Shown piece by piece: positions 9,377 to 21,674 of a DNA stretch of 64,000 bases (positions are counted from its first letter, which is position 1; each line of letters starts with the position of its first letter). The stretch is from an uncultured cyanobacterium. Its GTDB lineage: Bacteria; Cyanobacteriota; Cyanobacteriia; PCC-9006; JAAUQQ01. The DNA is taken from contig OY970368.1 of assembly GCA_963718615.1 (NCBI GenBank), forward strand, positions 64,001 to 128,000, given 5' to 3'. Position numbers and translations under genes: made by a program. Under the pieces are notes generated by a model that had not been told where the DNA came from, ran no database searches, and saw only the letters and a program-made list of their open reading frames with translations.

Positions 9377-10321
9377 TTATTCGTCTAAACTATCCCTCCA
9401 CATGGCCGTGCTGAGGTAGCGCTCACCGGCACTGGGTTGAAGGATGACAATTCGTTGGTGGTGATGGTGCGATCGCCGACCGATCTGCAAACCAGCATAA
9501 ACCGCCGCTCCCGTTGAAATACCGCTGAGGATGCCCTCCGCTTGAGCCAACTGCCGTCCTGTCTCATAGGCCTGGGCTTCTGTAACCCTGACAATTTCAT
9601 CAATCAGGTCCATCCGCAAAACATCGGGAATAAATCCAGCACCAATCCCTTGTAAATCATGGAGACCTGCCGCTTCACCGCTCAGCACCGCACTCTTGTC
9701 TGGCTCGACCGCAACAATTTTAAGCTGAGGATTTTGCTGTTTTAAATAGCGTCCAGCGCCCGTGAGGGTTCCACCGGTTCCCACCCCCAGTACCAAGACA
9801 GCCAGTTGTCCATCGGTATCCTGCCAAATTTCAGGACCAGTTTTGTCGTAGTGAATTTTAGGATTAGCTGGGTTGCTAAATTGGTGGGGAGAAAAGGCGT
9901 GGGTTAGGGTTGCGACCAATTGGTTCGCCTGGGCGATCGCCCCCGCCATATCCGCTTCCGCAGGCGTCAGCATCACCTCTGCACCGTAGGCTCGCACAAT
10001 CTGCTGTCGCTCAGGGCTCATATTTTCGGGCATGGTCAGAATCAAACGATAGCCCTTGGCCGCACAGACCATGGCCAGCCCAATGCCGGTATTTCCCGAG
10101 GTTGCCTCCACAATGGTAGAGACCCCAGGTTGAATCAGCCCTACCTTTTCAGCCTCCAGCATCATGCTGACAGCAATGCGGTCTTTGACGGATTTGGCCG
10201 GATTCAGACCTTCCAATTTCAGGACAATCTCGGCAACACAGTTCCATCGTTGGGGGAGGCGTTGCAGTCGAACGAGCGGTGTATGGCCAATGACTTCGGT
10301 AATGCTCGCGTAGGTTTTCAT
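9377..10321 (-). CDS. cysK: Cysteine synthase A (O-acetylserine sulfhydrylase)
   Basis: KLEGLNPAKSVKDR (PLP lysine), EATSGNTGI, GVGTGGT, QGIGAGF, GERYLST. Confidence 0.93.
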   Translation of the reverse strand: MKTYASITEVIGHTPLVRLQRLPQRWNCVAEIVLKLEGLNPAKSVKDRIAVSMMLEAEKVGLIQPGVSTIVEATSGNTGIGLAMVCAAKGYRLILTMPENMSPERQQIVRAYGAEVMLTPAEADMAGAIAQANQLVATLTHAFSPHQFSNPANPKIHYDKTGPEIWQDTDGQLAVLVLGVGTGGTLTGAGRYLKQQNPQLKIVAVEPDKSAVLSGEAAGLHDLQGIGAGFIPDVLRMDLIDEIVRVTEAQAYETGRQLAQAEGILSGISTGAAVYAGLQIGRRSHHHHQRIVILQPSAGERYLSTAMWRDSLDE

Positions 10322-10352
10322 AGGATCACGTTTCAGGACAATGAAATCTTTC

Positions 10353-13067
10353 CTAAGCCAGGAGCCAGAAGCACATGCCCGTAAGCCCGCTCAATAAAAG
10401 TAAATGGGGCAAATTGCTGACCCAATTACGTTGGGTGATGCGCAGTAGGGGATAGAAGCTGAAGACAAGCGCCGATAAGAGCGTCAGACCCTGAAGAAAT
10501 TCGGCAACCTCCCCACTCCAGGTGAGGGTGGGTAAGCCAGCACCGCTATGGCCCAAAGTTCTCGCCAAAACAGGGAGAATCTGCCCCGCTTCCGTCATGG
10601 CCGCAGGGATGTAATGGGCTAAGTTTGCAGCCAAGGTGAAGGGCAAATAGGCGTAGATAACGGTGAGGTAATTCGGTTGCTGCGGATCGAGGGCACGGGC
10701 GATCCCATGGGTTGCATAGGTCAAGACTGCCGGAATACCGAGGAGCACCAGGGCGATGGGAACGCTAATTCGCCAGTGCTCGGCATCCAGAGGCAGTAAC
10801 CCAGATCCCCCGACCCTCTCAAGCATCCTTTGAGCATGATGCAGAAACACCCCGCCCAAAAGCAGCAACAATAACGCCACTTCGGCCCCAAAGCCCCGGT
10901 GATGGTCTAGCAAGTCCACGGTAGGAAACCGCAGATTAAGCTGCACTGAACGATGGGGACAGGCTTTCAGGCAGGTCATACAGAGCACACAGTCCCGGTT
11001 ATCTTGCAATTGGGCAGGATGGGAATACAGCGGACATCCGCCCGTGGCTTGTCCTTCCGTGGACAGCGCATCGTCAAAGGTGACAGGGGTTGCACCACTG
11101 CCTTTGTAACAGCCAAAGGTACTACACTGGCTCCCACATACTTGTTGGGTCGATCGCAATTCGATCATGGCGAGCTTGGCAAACATGCCATTCATGCCGC
11201 CAATGGGACAAAGATACCGACACCAAAGCCGTCGCTCATAGATCAGGCTACAAACCACTGCCCCAGCCGTAATGATCAAAAGTAACCAGGCGGAGAGAAC
11301 CGCATGATGGGGCAAATCCCACAACTTTTCCCACAGATAAATCGCCAGAAAACCAACGAACAAAATCCAGGCTCCCCAGCGATTCAACCCTTGTGTATTC
11401 CAAGCCAGTTGCTGGCGCGGAAATAACCGGAGGGACAGGCGGCGAATCCATTCTGCCGTGATCATAAAAGGACAAACCGCACACCAAAGCCGCCCCACAA
11501 ACACAAAGAGAAACAAATAACCAGGCCACCACCAGGCCCAAAATAAATTGAGCGTCACACTACTGTCTCGGGTTTGAGGTCCGAGGAAGCCTGCGATCGT
11601 AACCGGTACAAAAAACGCCATCATCGCAATCCAGATCCCCTCTGGATACCAGCGACTGAGTAACAGTTGCCGCAACCCAGGAATCTGGGTCAGCAGATCA
11701 ATCCGGAACGCATTTCTAGTGGACTGCACCGACCATAGCGCTTGTTCTGAGATGACAGATTGTTCCCGTGGGGTCATGATGACCGCTCGGTGAAGAATTT
11801 CTGCCAATTCTGTAAAGTTACCGGGGTAATCGTAGCTGAGCAATCGACGCAGATCAGCTTGATCAAGCTGCAACAGGGGACGATTCTGTTCTCGGCAAAA
11901 CCGGGTTAAGAAATAGCGGGAAAATTCTGGAATATCTCCCTTCCGTTGGGGTAAAGAAAAGAGCTTAATCGTCAGAGGATTCAGGCCAGCGAATTCTAGT
12001 TTTTTGGATGAAGCGAGAATCAGACGCACCCAGGATTGAATCGGCTGAGGGGGATCTGTCGCCAGCTCTGTTTTGCCCGCTAGAATGCCATGATTGGGCA
12101 AAATCCAGCCGGTTTTTAGGTAATGCATTAACCGAGTTCGGTCATTTTCACTCAGCACCTGCACATTATCGAGCAATAACGTACCCCGTTCTAAGAGTTC
12201 GAGAATCCCTGCCTGTTGACCGACTCGACCAAACAAGGCATCGGTATTCAATCGACCATCCTCGGCACGCGGTAAATTCGCACAGTTCATTTCGGCAAAG
12301 GGGTGGGAAGCCAGTCCAGAATGGGCATGGATTAAACCGGCCAAGAAGGTCTTCCCGCTACCAGACGGCCCTTGAAAAATAACGGCATTGAGCTGAGTTG
12401 AAGCCTGCTGAATCTGGGTTGCAAGTTTTTGTGCCGCCTTACTTCTACCCAGAATAGTTGTCTCACTGGGGATGGGCTGAATATAGGACTGCAATCCTTG
12501 AATCCGCACCTGCTCCCAGGCGATGCGGGCCATGTACTCATGTAAATCTTGCGAAAGCTGGGACTGAATGGTCTGCTGAAGCAAGGGGTATTCAGCAATT
12601 AACCTCTGAAATACAGCCCTGGGAAGAAACCAAATTTCACAAGGGGTTAGGGCGATCGCATTGGTTTGATAAGGACCCTCCATGGCACTTGCCACCAGCG
12701 TATAGCCAAACAAATCTCCGGCATTACGATAGCGAATAAGCAGTTGACCAATGGGCGATCGCCGAAAAATCTCCACCGTCCCCCATTTCAGTAGATACAG
12801 CCCAGTGGGGGTTTGTCCCTCTTGGTAAACCAAGGTTTGGGGGGGAACTCGAAAGTAATGCAAGGACTGGGCGATCGCCCGCAACACCTCTTCGGGTAAC
12901 TGTCCCCAGACTCGGTGAAAACTTAACCAATCTCGACTCTCATCTATTCCCTGATTTGGGTTGGTCTCGGGGGAAGCAACCGCTGGCATCAACGGTAAAG
13001 GCTGGTCTGCACCCGCCCCATTCGATGGAGCTTGCAGGGAAAGGGTGACATCCGTTGCGTCATTCAC
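10353..13067 (-). CDS. cNMP-binding + sigma54-activator-like AAA+ + membrane 4Fe-4S (NapH/NosR-like) domain protein
   Basis: cNMP domain (LVYQEG...GLYLLKWG...GDLFG), Walker A GPSGSGKT, YDYPGN, then TM region with CAVCP, CRYLCP and CVLCMTCLKACP. Start uncertain (GTG 13067 or ATG 12989). Confidence 0.85.
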   Translation of the reverse strand: MNDATDVTLSLQAPSNGAGADQPLPLMPAVASPETNPNQGIDESRDWLSFHRVWGQLPEEVLRAIAQSLHYFRVPPQTLVYQEGQTPTGLYLLKWGTVEIFRRSPIGQLLIRYRNAGDLFGYTLVASAMEGPYQTNAIALTPCEIWFLPRAVFQRLIAEYPLLQQTIQSQLSQDLHEYMARIAWEQVRIQGLQSYIQPIPSETTILGRSKAAQKLATQIQQASTQLNAVIFQGPSGSGKTFLAGLIHAHSGLASHPFAEMNCANLPRAEDGRLNTDALFGRVGQQAGILELLERGTLLLDNVQVLSENDRTRLMHYLKTGWILPNHGILAGKTELATDPPQPIQSWVRLILASSKKLEFAGLNPLTIKLFSLPQRKGDIPEFSRYFLTRFCREQNRPLLQLDQADLRRLLSYDYPGNFTELAEILHRAVIMTPREQSVISEQALWSVQSTRNAFRIDLLTQIPGLRQLLLSRWYPEGIWIAMMAFFVPVTIAGFLGPQTRDSSVTLNLFWAWWWPGYLFLFVFVGRLWCAVCPFMITAEWIRRLSLRLFPRQQLAWNTQGLNRWGAWILFVGFLAIYLWEKLWDLPHHAVLSAWLLLIITAGAVVCSLIYERRLWCRYLCPIGGMNGMFAKLAMIELRSTQQVCGSQCSTFGCYKGSGATPVTFDDALSTEGQATGGCPLYSHPAQLQDNRDCVLCMTCLKACPHRSVQLNLRFPTVDLLDHHRGFGAEVALLLLLLGGVFLHHAQRMLERVGGSGLLPLDAEHWRISVPIALVLLGIPAVLTYATHGIARALDPQQPNYLTVIYAYLPFTLAANLAHYIPAAMTEAGQILPVLARTLGHSGAGLPTLTWSGEVAEFLQGLTLLSALVFSFYPLLRITQRNWVSNLPHLLLLSGLTGMCFWLLA

Positions 13068-13108
13068 TGCGATAGAGTCCGTTTTGATACAGCCATAACG
13101 ATCGTGGC

Positions 13109-13711
13109 CTAAACTTCCTGCTGACGCGCCTGCAAAATTTTCCACAGCACCGCCGAAAAAATATTCGCCACAATATGCGCTACCACCGGGACCAGTAAAT
13201 TGCCGGTGAGCAGGGCGATCGCCCCAAATCCACATCCCACCACAGTTGCCCAAACCGCATAGGGCCACTGACTACGGCCACTCATATGCAAAACCCCAAA
13301 GCTCATCCCCGACAGGACCACGGCCCAGCCATTGTTGCCAAAACTCGGCAGCATAATCCCTCGAAATAGCAGCTCCTCGCTCAGCCCAGGCAACAACCCC
13401 AGCCAGAGCAAATCCAGCCACTGTAACGGTTGAAGCACCAAACTCAAGTAGGTTTTTGCACTCGTACGATAGGCAGGCCAAGCGTAATACAGCAACAGAC
13501 TCAGGCAGCTAATCCCCACTCCCAGTAGACTGCCCAACAGCAGCGCGCCGGCGCTCAGAGACCAATTAAACAAGGGCATATTTGCCCACCACTGCCAGCC
13601 TTTCGCAATGACCAACAAAAGCAGCGCTGTAATCGCCATGCCAACGAGAATTTGAGCACGGCTGAGGGGAGAGGGATCAGAATTAGAGGGTCTAAGGTCG
13701 GGATCGGTCAC
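13109..13711 (-). CDS. CPBP (Abi/CAAX) family intramembrane metalloprotease
   Basis: EELLFRG, FGVLH and H..AN motifs; GTG start overlaps the stop of the upstream gene. Confidence 0.88.
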   Translation of the reverse strand: MTDPDLRPSNSDPSPLSRAQILVGMAITALLLLVIAKGWQWWANMPLFNWSLSAGALLLGSLLGVGISCLSLLLYYAWPAYRTSAKTYLSLVLQPLQWLDLLWLGLLPGLSEELLFRGIMLPSFGNNGWAVVLSGMSFGVLHMSGRSQWPYAVWATVVGCGFGAIALLTGNLLVPVVAHIVANIFSAVLWKILQARQQEV

Positions 13712-14790
13712 AGGATTGGAGGAGGAGGAGAGCTGCAGGACAGGGGTCGGCTTTGAATTGCGTGGGTAGAAAGGGCCATGGGATTGACCCCGGCGCGATC
13801 GCTCACGATCACACCAATGGCCTCCCAATAGGAGCGTACCCGCAGCACCTGCAAACCCAGCGGTTCCGGCGGAACGTCCAGGGTTGTCCGATTGTCTTCA
13901 ACGGCGATGATGCGAGTGGGGCGATCGCCCCAGCTCAGGACCGCACTTCCCCCACAGGCACTCGCAGGCACCACCAAAGCATCCACTTGATCGGCCTTGA
14001 TTCCAGCATTGGCAGTGGCCGAACCATAACGCGGCGCTTGGCTCAACCCCACCAACACACAGGGCAAAAAGGTATAACCCAATTCCTCTGCCGCAGCCCG
14101 TGGCGACAGTTGGGAATCTAGGGGCAAGGGTTGGAGCGCTGGCGCATGGGCACAGGGGATTTGAAATCGCTGAACCACCAAATGGCTAATCACAGCTTCG
14201 GCCCCGGCCAGGGCATCGACACCTTGGCCTTGACGATACTGCTGGAGGGCTTCACTCTCGGGATCATCGGGGAAGCGAGCGACGATGGCGATCGCCTCCG
14301 CCCCTGCCTGCTGGATCAAGGTATCCACCGCCCGCAGTAAACTATCCGGTCGTTCAATCGTTCCCCAGGAAGCCCCTGTGGTCGAGCGTTTGAGCGTCAC
14401 GCCCAGGGGTTGATCCGTCACCACATAATCCGCGATTTCTAAACCCAGCGTGGCTCGGGCAGCATCCACCGATTGCAGCTGACGCAGCCGGAGATCGGCT
14501 TCGATGCCTTGATCCAGCACCAAACCAATGCGATTGCGATGAACCGGCTGCAACGACCAATGGCCCGCAGCAAATTGATCTAGGGCGTACCCCTCAACAT
14601 AGAAAATTTTGGGATCAGGCCAATAAAGCTGTGCACCATTGAGCACATTAGGATGGGTAATGAGGCAGTCCACCGCAGCGGCCAGCGCTCGTGCGACCGG
14701 CAGCGCATCCCCCGCATAGCCACCGATCGCACAACCAATACCAGTTGGCACGATCAAAGCTGCACAATAGGGACGCCGCGATACACCCAC
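13708..14790 (-). CDS. DUF3326 domain protein
   Basis: IVPTGIGCAIGGYAGDA, LITHPNVLNGA, GAEAVISH, AAAEELGYTFLPCVL. Confidence 0.85.
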   Translation of the reverse strand: MGVSRRPYCAALIVPTGIGCAIGGYAGDALPVARALAAAVDCLITHPNVLNGAQLYWPDPKIFYVEGYALDQFAAGHWSLQPVHRNRIGLVLDQGIEADLRLRQLQSVDAARATLGLEIADYVVTDQPLGVTLKRSTTGASWGTIERPDSLLRAVDTLIQQAGAEAIAIVARFPDDPESEALQQYRQGQGVDALAGAEAVISHLVVQRFQIPCAHAPALQPLPLDSQLSPRAAAEELGYTFLPCVLVGLSQAPRYGSATANAGIKADQVDALVVPASACGGSAVLSWGDRPTRIIAVEDNRTTLDVPPEPLGLQVLRVRSYWEAIGVIVSDRAGVNPMALSTHAIQSRPLSCSSPPPPIL

Positions 14791-15132
14791 AATTCAATCG
14801 ACTGAATTTAATTCTTCATGACAAAAGTCATGAATTCTGCTTCAGTTTATCTCTAATTTTCAAAGATTGTCAGGAGTTGATAAAACTCCTTAAAGTCGTC
14901 AGGTTGAAACTGTCACGATCGCTTCAACTTCGATCTGATTAACATCGGGCTGAATTCGCGTAATTGCCCATCGCAAGGGTGATCCCCACTGAGACAGAGC
15001 CTGCTCGATCGCCCGTCGAGTGGCAGCGGGAGAGGACTGAATCGGGATCGAGAGGCTCACAAATTGAGTTTTTAGCATTTTGCATCGCCTGAAATCTGGC
15101 TTTCACCTTGACCAGCCCACTCATCAAAATCT

Positions 15133-15456
15133 CTAATTTTGAAATTGGCCAAACTGCAATTCATAGAGCCGATCCTCTTGGCCCGCTTCAATCTTCAAAT
15201 CGGAACGGGGATAGGACACACACAACAGGGCAAATCCCTGCTGCTGCAACTCAGGACTCACGCCCATGGCATCCGGTTGTGCCAATTCCCCTGAGATAAT
15301 CTTGGCCGCACAAGTTGTACAAACCCCTGCCATGCAAGAGTTAGGAAGCTCAAGCCCCGCTTCGCCAGCCGCCGCCAAAATCGTTTGATCCTCACGGGCC
15401 GAAAAGACTTGAGACGTCCCCTGGTAGGACACTTCGACAGAATAGGTGTTTGCCAT
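15133..15456 (-). CDS. 2Fe-2S ferredoxin (plant-type, minor)
   Basis: SCMAGVCTTCAA ... LLCVSYPRSD, C-terminal YELQFG. Confidence 0.92.
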   Translation of the reverse strand: MANTYSVEVSYQGTSQVFSAREDQTILAAAGEAGLELPNSCMAGVCTTCAAKIISGELAQPDAMGVSPELQQQGFALLCVSYPRSDLKIEAGQEDRLYELQFGQFQN

Positions 15457-15515
15457 GATTGAATGTTAAGAAAGCAACGAGATACTAAACGGACTAAACA
15501 AAAGCTTAAACGCAT

Positions 15516-15543
15516 AAAACCCGTCCTAGAGAACGGGTTTTTT
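15516..15543. terminator. Rho-independent terminator after the atp operon
   Basis: AAAACCCGT-cctagaga-ACGGGTTTT hairpin flanked by A and T runs. Confidence 0.75.
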
Positions 15544-15580
15544 ATACAAAAACTCAGGAAACAAGCTAGGGCTTTAGACC

Positions 15581-16534
15581 CTAACCCGCCAAGGCTTCTG
15601 CACCAGCAACCACTTCTAAGAGTTCTTGGGTAATGGCAGCCTGACGGGCTTTGTTGTAAACCAAGGTCAGGGTTTTGAGCAGTTCGCTAGCATTATCGCT
15701 AGCGTTGTTCATGGCCGTCATCCGAGCCGCAAGTTCACTGGCCGCCGATTCTTGCAACGCCCGTAAAATTTGGTTGTTGAGATAGAGCGGCAGTAGCGCA
15801 TTCAGAATCTGTTCGGGATCCTGTTCAAAAATCATGTCGCGGGGAAGTTCAGAGAATTCCGCTGGAGCAGCTTGCGATCGCTCCACCGCAAAGTTTCCCC
15901 CACGGGTCGTCAACCGAAAGATCTCGTCATCCTGGGCTTCCAAACCTTGGCGATCCAGAGGCAAAAGCGTTTGCACTACCGGACGAGAGGCTACAAGGGA
16001 AACAAACTTGGTGTAAACCAACTCGACCCGATCGACCTTCTCTGAAAGAAACAAAGACAGTAGCTCGTCGGCAATCATCGAGGCTTCTGAGGCAATTGGC
16101 ACCTGTTCCAAACCAACATAGTCGGCTGAAATCGGTTGCTCCCGGCGCTTAAAATACTGACCGGCTTTACGACCCACTAAAACGTAGGTGTAATCTAGGC
16201 CAGTGGCTTTTAGCTCTTTGGCACGGTTTTCAGCGCGACGGATGACGTTGGTGTTGTAGGCTCCGCAGAGACCGCGATCGCCCGAAATCACCAACAAACC
16301 GACGGTTTTGACCTCACGCTGCTGCATCAGCGGCGCATCAACACTTTCAAATTTCAATCGACTTTGCAGGCCATGCAAGACCTGGGCCAGACGATCGGCG
16401 AAGGGACGGGTATTTAGCACCTGCTCCTGGGCGCGGCGAACCTTTGCCGCAGCAACCAGACGCATGGCTTCTGTAATTTTCCGAGTATTTTTGACCGACT
16501 TAATACGGTCACGAATGGCTTTGAGGTTAGGCAT
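15581..16534 (-). CDS. atpG: ATP synthase F1 gamma subunit (cyanobacterial name atpC)
   Basis: [45 protein letters not shown]. Confidence 0.98.
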   Translation of the reverse strand: MPNLKAIRDRIKSVKNTRKITEAMRLVAAAKVRRAQEQVLNTRPFADRLAQVLHGLQSRLKFESVDAPLMQQREVKTVGLLVISGDRGLCGAYNTNVIRRAENRAKELKATGLDYTYVLVGRKAGQYFKRREQPISADYVGLEQVPIASEASMIADELLSLFLSEKVDRVELVYTKFVSLVASRPVVQTLLPLDRQGLEAQDDEIFRLTTRGGNFAVERSQAAPAEFSELPRDMIFEQDPEQILNALLPLYLNNQILRALQESAASELAARMTAMNNASDNASELLKTLTLVYNKARQAAITQELLEVVAGAEALAG

Positions 16535-16607
16535 GGCTGCTCGACCAATTCAGGGTGTAGAAGTGCATTTTAGTGCCCCCCTAAGAACGGGGGGCTAAGG
16601 GACTGGA

Positions 16608-18137
<1,530 letters not shown>

Positions 18138-18202
18138 CTAGAGGTTTACTGGAGGTTTACTGAGGAATCGTGGCTTTTAAAGAACTAGGGGGCAGGCCAA
18201 CG

Positions 18203-18757
18203 CTACGCGCGACTCAAATCAACGGCAAGGCGACGGAGCTGACCGCGCAGGCTCGCATCTACCACCTGAGAACCCACTTTGATAACGACGCCGCCGATGA
18301 GCTCTGGATCAACGCGGGTTTCTAGCTCAACCGCTTCGACGTTCATCATGGCTTTGACGCGATTAACCACCGACTGCCGCTGCTCATCATTGAGCTCAAC
18401 CGCCGATGTGACCTCTGCTAAGGCAATCTGCTTGAGCGTCCGCAACAGCTCGCGGTATCGCTTACAGATGCCAGACAGGAAAGGAATGCGCTGGCGATCG
18501 ACAAGCAGCATCAGGAAGTTCATCACATAGCTGTGAACCTCATTGCCAAAGATCTGATTCAAAACCGCCTTTTTCTGAGCCCCTGCATGGATGGGACTTC
18601 CCAAAAAGGCAGATAGCTCCGGCGATGCTTCCAGCGTCGAAAGCACACCCGCCGCATCTTGACCAAACCGATCGGCTAAATCATGGGCTTGAGCCAGAGA
18701 CATGAGCGCCTCTGCATAGGGCTCAACGACCTCAGCCATTGCCGCACTTCCTTTCAT
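18203..18757 (-). CDS. atpH: ATP synthase F1 delta subunit (cyanobacterial name atpD)
   Basis: PYAEAL, DPELIGG...VVDASLRGQL; position in operon. Confidence 0.96.
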   Translation of the reverse strand: MKGSAAMAEVVEPYAEALMSLAQAHDLADRFGQDAAGVLSTLEASPELSAFLGSPIHAGAQKKAVLNQIFGNEVHSYVMNFLMLLVDRQRIPFLSGICKRYRELLRTLKQIALAEVTSAVELNDEQRQSVVNRVKAMMNVEAVELETRVDPELIGGVVIKVGSQVVDASLRGQLRRLAVDLSRA

Positions 18758-18759
18758 CC

Positions 18760-19290
18760 TTATCCTCCTAAAACCGCGATCGAGCGATCAATAAGCGTTT
18801 TCTGGGTCGCTTCATCAAGACGGCCTGAGAGCTCCGAACGAACCTTGTCCAGCGCTTGGTTGACCACCCGCTGACGCAGCTCAGCGATCACCCGCTCCTG
18901 CTCAGCACCCAAATCCGCAGCGGCTGAAGCTTTCATCCGCTCTACGTCTTTTTCGGCCTGGACTAAAATGGCCTGCCGTGAGGCCTTGGAGCGCTCCTGG
19001 GCCTCAGCCAAAATGCGTTCGGCTTCAGCCTTCGCATCTGCAACCTTCTGCTTCTGCTCCCCTAAAGCCATTTCAGCCTTAGACAGCCGAGCTTCCACAT
19101 CCTTAATTTCACTTTCAATACCAGTCCTACGCTCAGCCAAATTGGCTTTCAAAACCTTTGACAAGGCGTAGTAAACCACACCAATCACAACCGCAAGGTT
19201 GATAATGTTGGTTTCTAAAAGATTGAAATTAAAAGCAATACCGCCCTCGCCATGGCTAGCTTCCGTCGCCAGCAATATCAACGTTCCCAT
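18760..19290 (-). CDS. atpF: ATP synthase F0 subunit b
   Basis: FNFNLLETNIINL TM segment followed by coiled coil; start at ATG 19290. Confidence 0.95.
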   Translation of the reverse strand: MGTLILLATEASHGEGGIAFNFNLLETNIINLAVVIGVVYYALSKVLKANLAERRTGIESEIKDVEARLSKAEMALGEQKQKVADAKAEAERILAEAQERSKASRQAILVQAEKDVERMKASAAADLGAEQERVIAELRQRVVNQALDKVRSELSGRLDEATQKTLIDRSIAVLGG

Positions 19291-19328
19291 GATGGTGTTC
19301 CCAAAACCTGCGCACATTCGATGATGGC

Positions 19329-19754
19329 TCAGCCTGCCGTACTCAGAAGCTTTTCAACAATCTGATTACTTAGCTGATCAACCTGTTGCTCTAACACAGC
19401 CATTGCAGACTGTTTTTGCTGATCGATCTCCTGTTGGGCAGCCTCACGCTGACGCTGGGCTTCCTGCTGGGCTTCGGCCAACTGCGATGCAGCCAGCTTT
19501 TGAGCTTCAGCCTGGGCCTCAGCGACAATGCTCTGGGCCTGCTTACGAGTCTCGGTTAACTCAGCCTCATATTCAGCTGCCATTTGCTTTGACCGGTCTA
19601 AACGCTCTTGGGCACCCAAACGAGTGGAGCGCACATACTCACTGCGGTCATCAAGGGTTTTACCCAAAGGCTGATAAAAGACTTTATCAAGCACGAAAAC
19701 CAACAGCAAAAATTGGACCGCCATCAAAGGAAGCGTGGCATCAAAATCAAACAT
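19329..19754 (-). CDS. atpF2: ATP synthase F0 subunit b' (cyanobacterial name atpG)
   Basis: [15 protein letters not shown]; AGGAGG RBS 6 nt upstream of ATG 19754. Confidence 0.95.
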   Translation of the reverse strand: MFDFDATLPLMAVQFLLLVFVLDKVFYQPLGKTLDDRSEYVRSTRLGAQERLDRSKQMAAEYEAELTETRKQAQSIVAEAQAEAQKLAASQLAEAQQEAQRQREAAQQEIDQQKQSAMAVLEQQVDQLSNQIVEKLLSTAG

Positions 19755-19900
19755 TTCAAGCCTCCTCGATTCAGGGTCTGATGGAGGCGTGCAGACAGAA
19801 ATTAATAAGCTTTGCATCAATAACAATTGAGTTATTAGCAGCTTCAGTTACACTTCTGCGCACACCTCATTGCATTAAATAGGTAACCGATGCAAACAGC

Positions 19901-20185
<285 letters not shown>

Positions 20186-20234
20186 TTACACAAGCGTGAA
20201 TCCATCTAAAACTCACGCAGTTTGAAGCAAGACT

Positions 20235-20987
20235 CTAGTGGTCTTCTTCCCCATGGCCCTCTAGGGCTTCGTGGATGTAGGCACCGGCTAGGGTGGCAAA
20301 CACAAGGGCCTGAATTGCACTGGTAAAGAGACCCAGCATCATCACAGGCACGGGCACAAAGAGAGGCACCAGCAAGACGAGAACCGCAACTACGAGTTCG
20401 TCTGCCAGAATGTTTCCGAATAAACGGAAGCTCAGGGAAAGAGGTTTGGTAAAGTCCTCAAGGATTGCGATGGGCAATAGGATTGGGGTCGGCTCAATAT
20501 ACTTAGAGAAGTATCCCAGTCCCCGCTTTTTGAACCCGGCATAAAAATAAGCCAGGGACGTCAGCAGCGCCAACGCAACGGTGGTATTGATGTCGCCTGT
20601 GGGAGCCGCCAATTCACCCTCGGGAAGCTCGATGACCTTCCAGGGGAGTAGAGCGCCAGACCAGTTCGAGACAAAGATAAACAAAAACAAGGTACCAATA
20701 AACGGGACCCAGGGGCGATATTCTTTCTCGCCCAGTTGGTTCTTTGCCAGATTCCGAATGAACTCCAAAACATACTCCATGAAGTTTTGGAGGCCACTGG
20801 GAACGAGTTGGCGATCGCGACTAGCCAACAACGAAGCAATCAGTAACAGCCCAATCACAAACCAAGAGGTTAAAAACACCTGGCCGTGAACTTTGAGGTT
20901 ACCGATATTCCAGTAGAAGTGGTGACCGACCTCTAGCTCAGCTAGAGGCAAAAATCCAGAAAAAGTCAAGAGATTTGGCATCATCAT
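20235..20987 (-). CDS. atpB: ATP synthase F0 subunit a (cyanobacterial name atpI)
   Basis: [24 protein letters not shown]. Confidence 0.98.
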   Translation of the reverse strand: MMMPNLLTFSGFLPLAELEVGHHFYWNIGNLKVHGQVFLTSWFVIGLLLIASLLASRDRQLVPSGLQNFMEYVLEFIRNLAKNQLGEKEYRPWVPFIGTLFLFIFVSNWSGALLPWKVIELPEGELAAPTGDINTTVALALLTSLAYFYAGFKKRGLGYFSKYIEPTPILLPIAILEDFTKPLSLSFRLFGNILADELVVAVLVLLVPLFVPVPVMMLGLFTSAIQALVFATLAGAYIHEALEGHGEEDH

Positions 20988-21053
20988 AGTCGCATTTGCG
21001 CCGCGGCAATGAAGACATGAAATCGCAAACCGGAAAGCGAATTTGCGCGCAAT

Positions 21054-21503
21054 CTAACGCAAAAGCGTGATTCGGAAGGTGTAGTAGAGGATGGCCAGTT
21101 TATAGGTCAAAAATCCGAGAAACACGGGCAACAACTGAAGTTGATCCCAGCGCGCCGCGATCACAATTAAGACCACAAAGAGTGCTAAATGAGATTTTCC
21201 CAGTTGTTGACCGGGACCTAGCTCTTCAACGCCCTTGGCAAGCCTCCTAAAATAGAGCATCCCGCCGACCGCCCCAAACAGGTAGCTCAGGGCAACATTG
21301 AGGTCGTAAAACCACCAAACGGAGCCAAATACAACCCCAGAAATCACAAGGGTTGCCAGCAAGAGTTCTTGCCGCAACTGATAGAAATCGTCCATGGCAC
21401 TGCTAGATTCTGAAGAATCTGGTAAGTCAGACGCAAGATCTGCTTGCAAAGCCTCGGATTCATTCGCCGCAGCTGATGGCAGAGAATTCTCGGGGGAAGT
21501 CAC
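21054..21503 (-). CDS. atpI: ATP synthase protein I (Atp1)
   Basis: First gene of the operon; 4 TM segments; FLGFLTYK motif. Confidence 0.88.
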   Translation of the reverse strand: MTSPENSLPSAAANESEALQADLASDLPDSSESSSAMDDFYQLRQELLLATLVISGVVFGSVWWFYDLNVALSYLFGAVGGMLYFRRLAKGVEELGPGQQLGKSHLALFVVLIVIAARWDQLQLLPVFLGFLTYKLAILYYTFRITLLR

Positions 21504-21674
21504 AACTGCTCCAAAACCCTAGTCATGGACTAGGTAGATATGCATATTCAGGCCATGGGCAATGATATCACGCGAGGGTAACAATCCTTCATGAAAACTC
21601 AGCAGGGGAAAAGTCTGACGGGGGAACGGTTTTACCCCTAGTTTTACGGCAGTGGGGAATGCTCGCAGGGATGG

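Noticed and set aside
14939-15127. 62-aa ORF in the ferredoxin-DUF3326 spacer
   Set aside because: No recognisable motif or clear RBS; treated as probably spurious.
16575-16596. GCCCCCC-N7-GGGGGGC hairpin between atpA and the gamma gene
   Set aside because: An ordinary intercistronic stem-loop with nothing further to support a special role.
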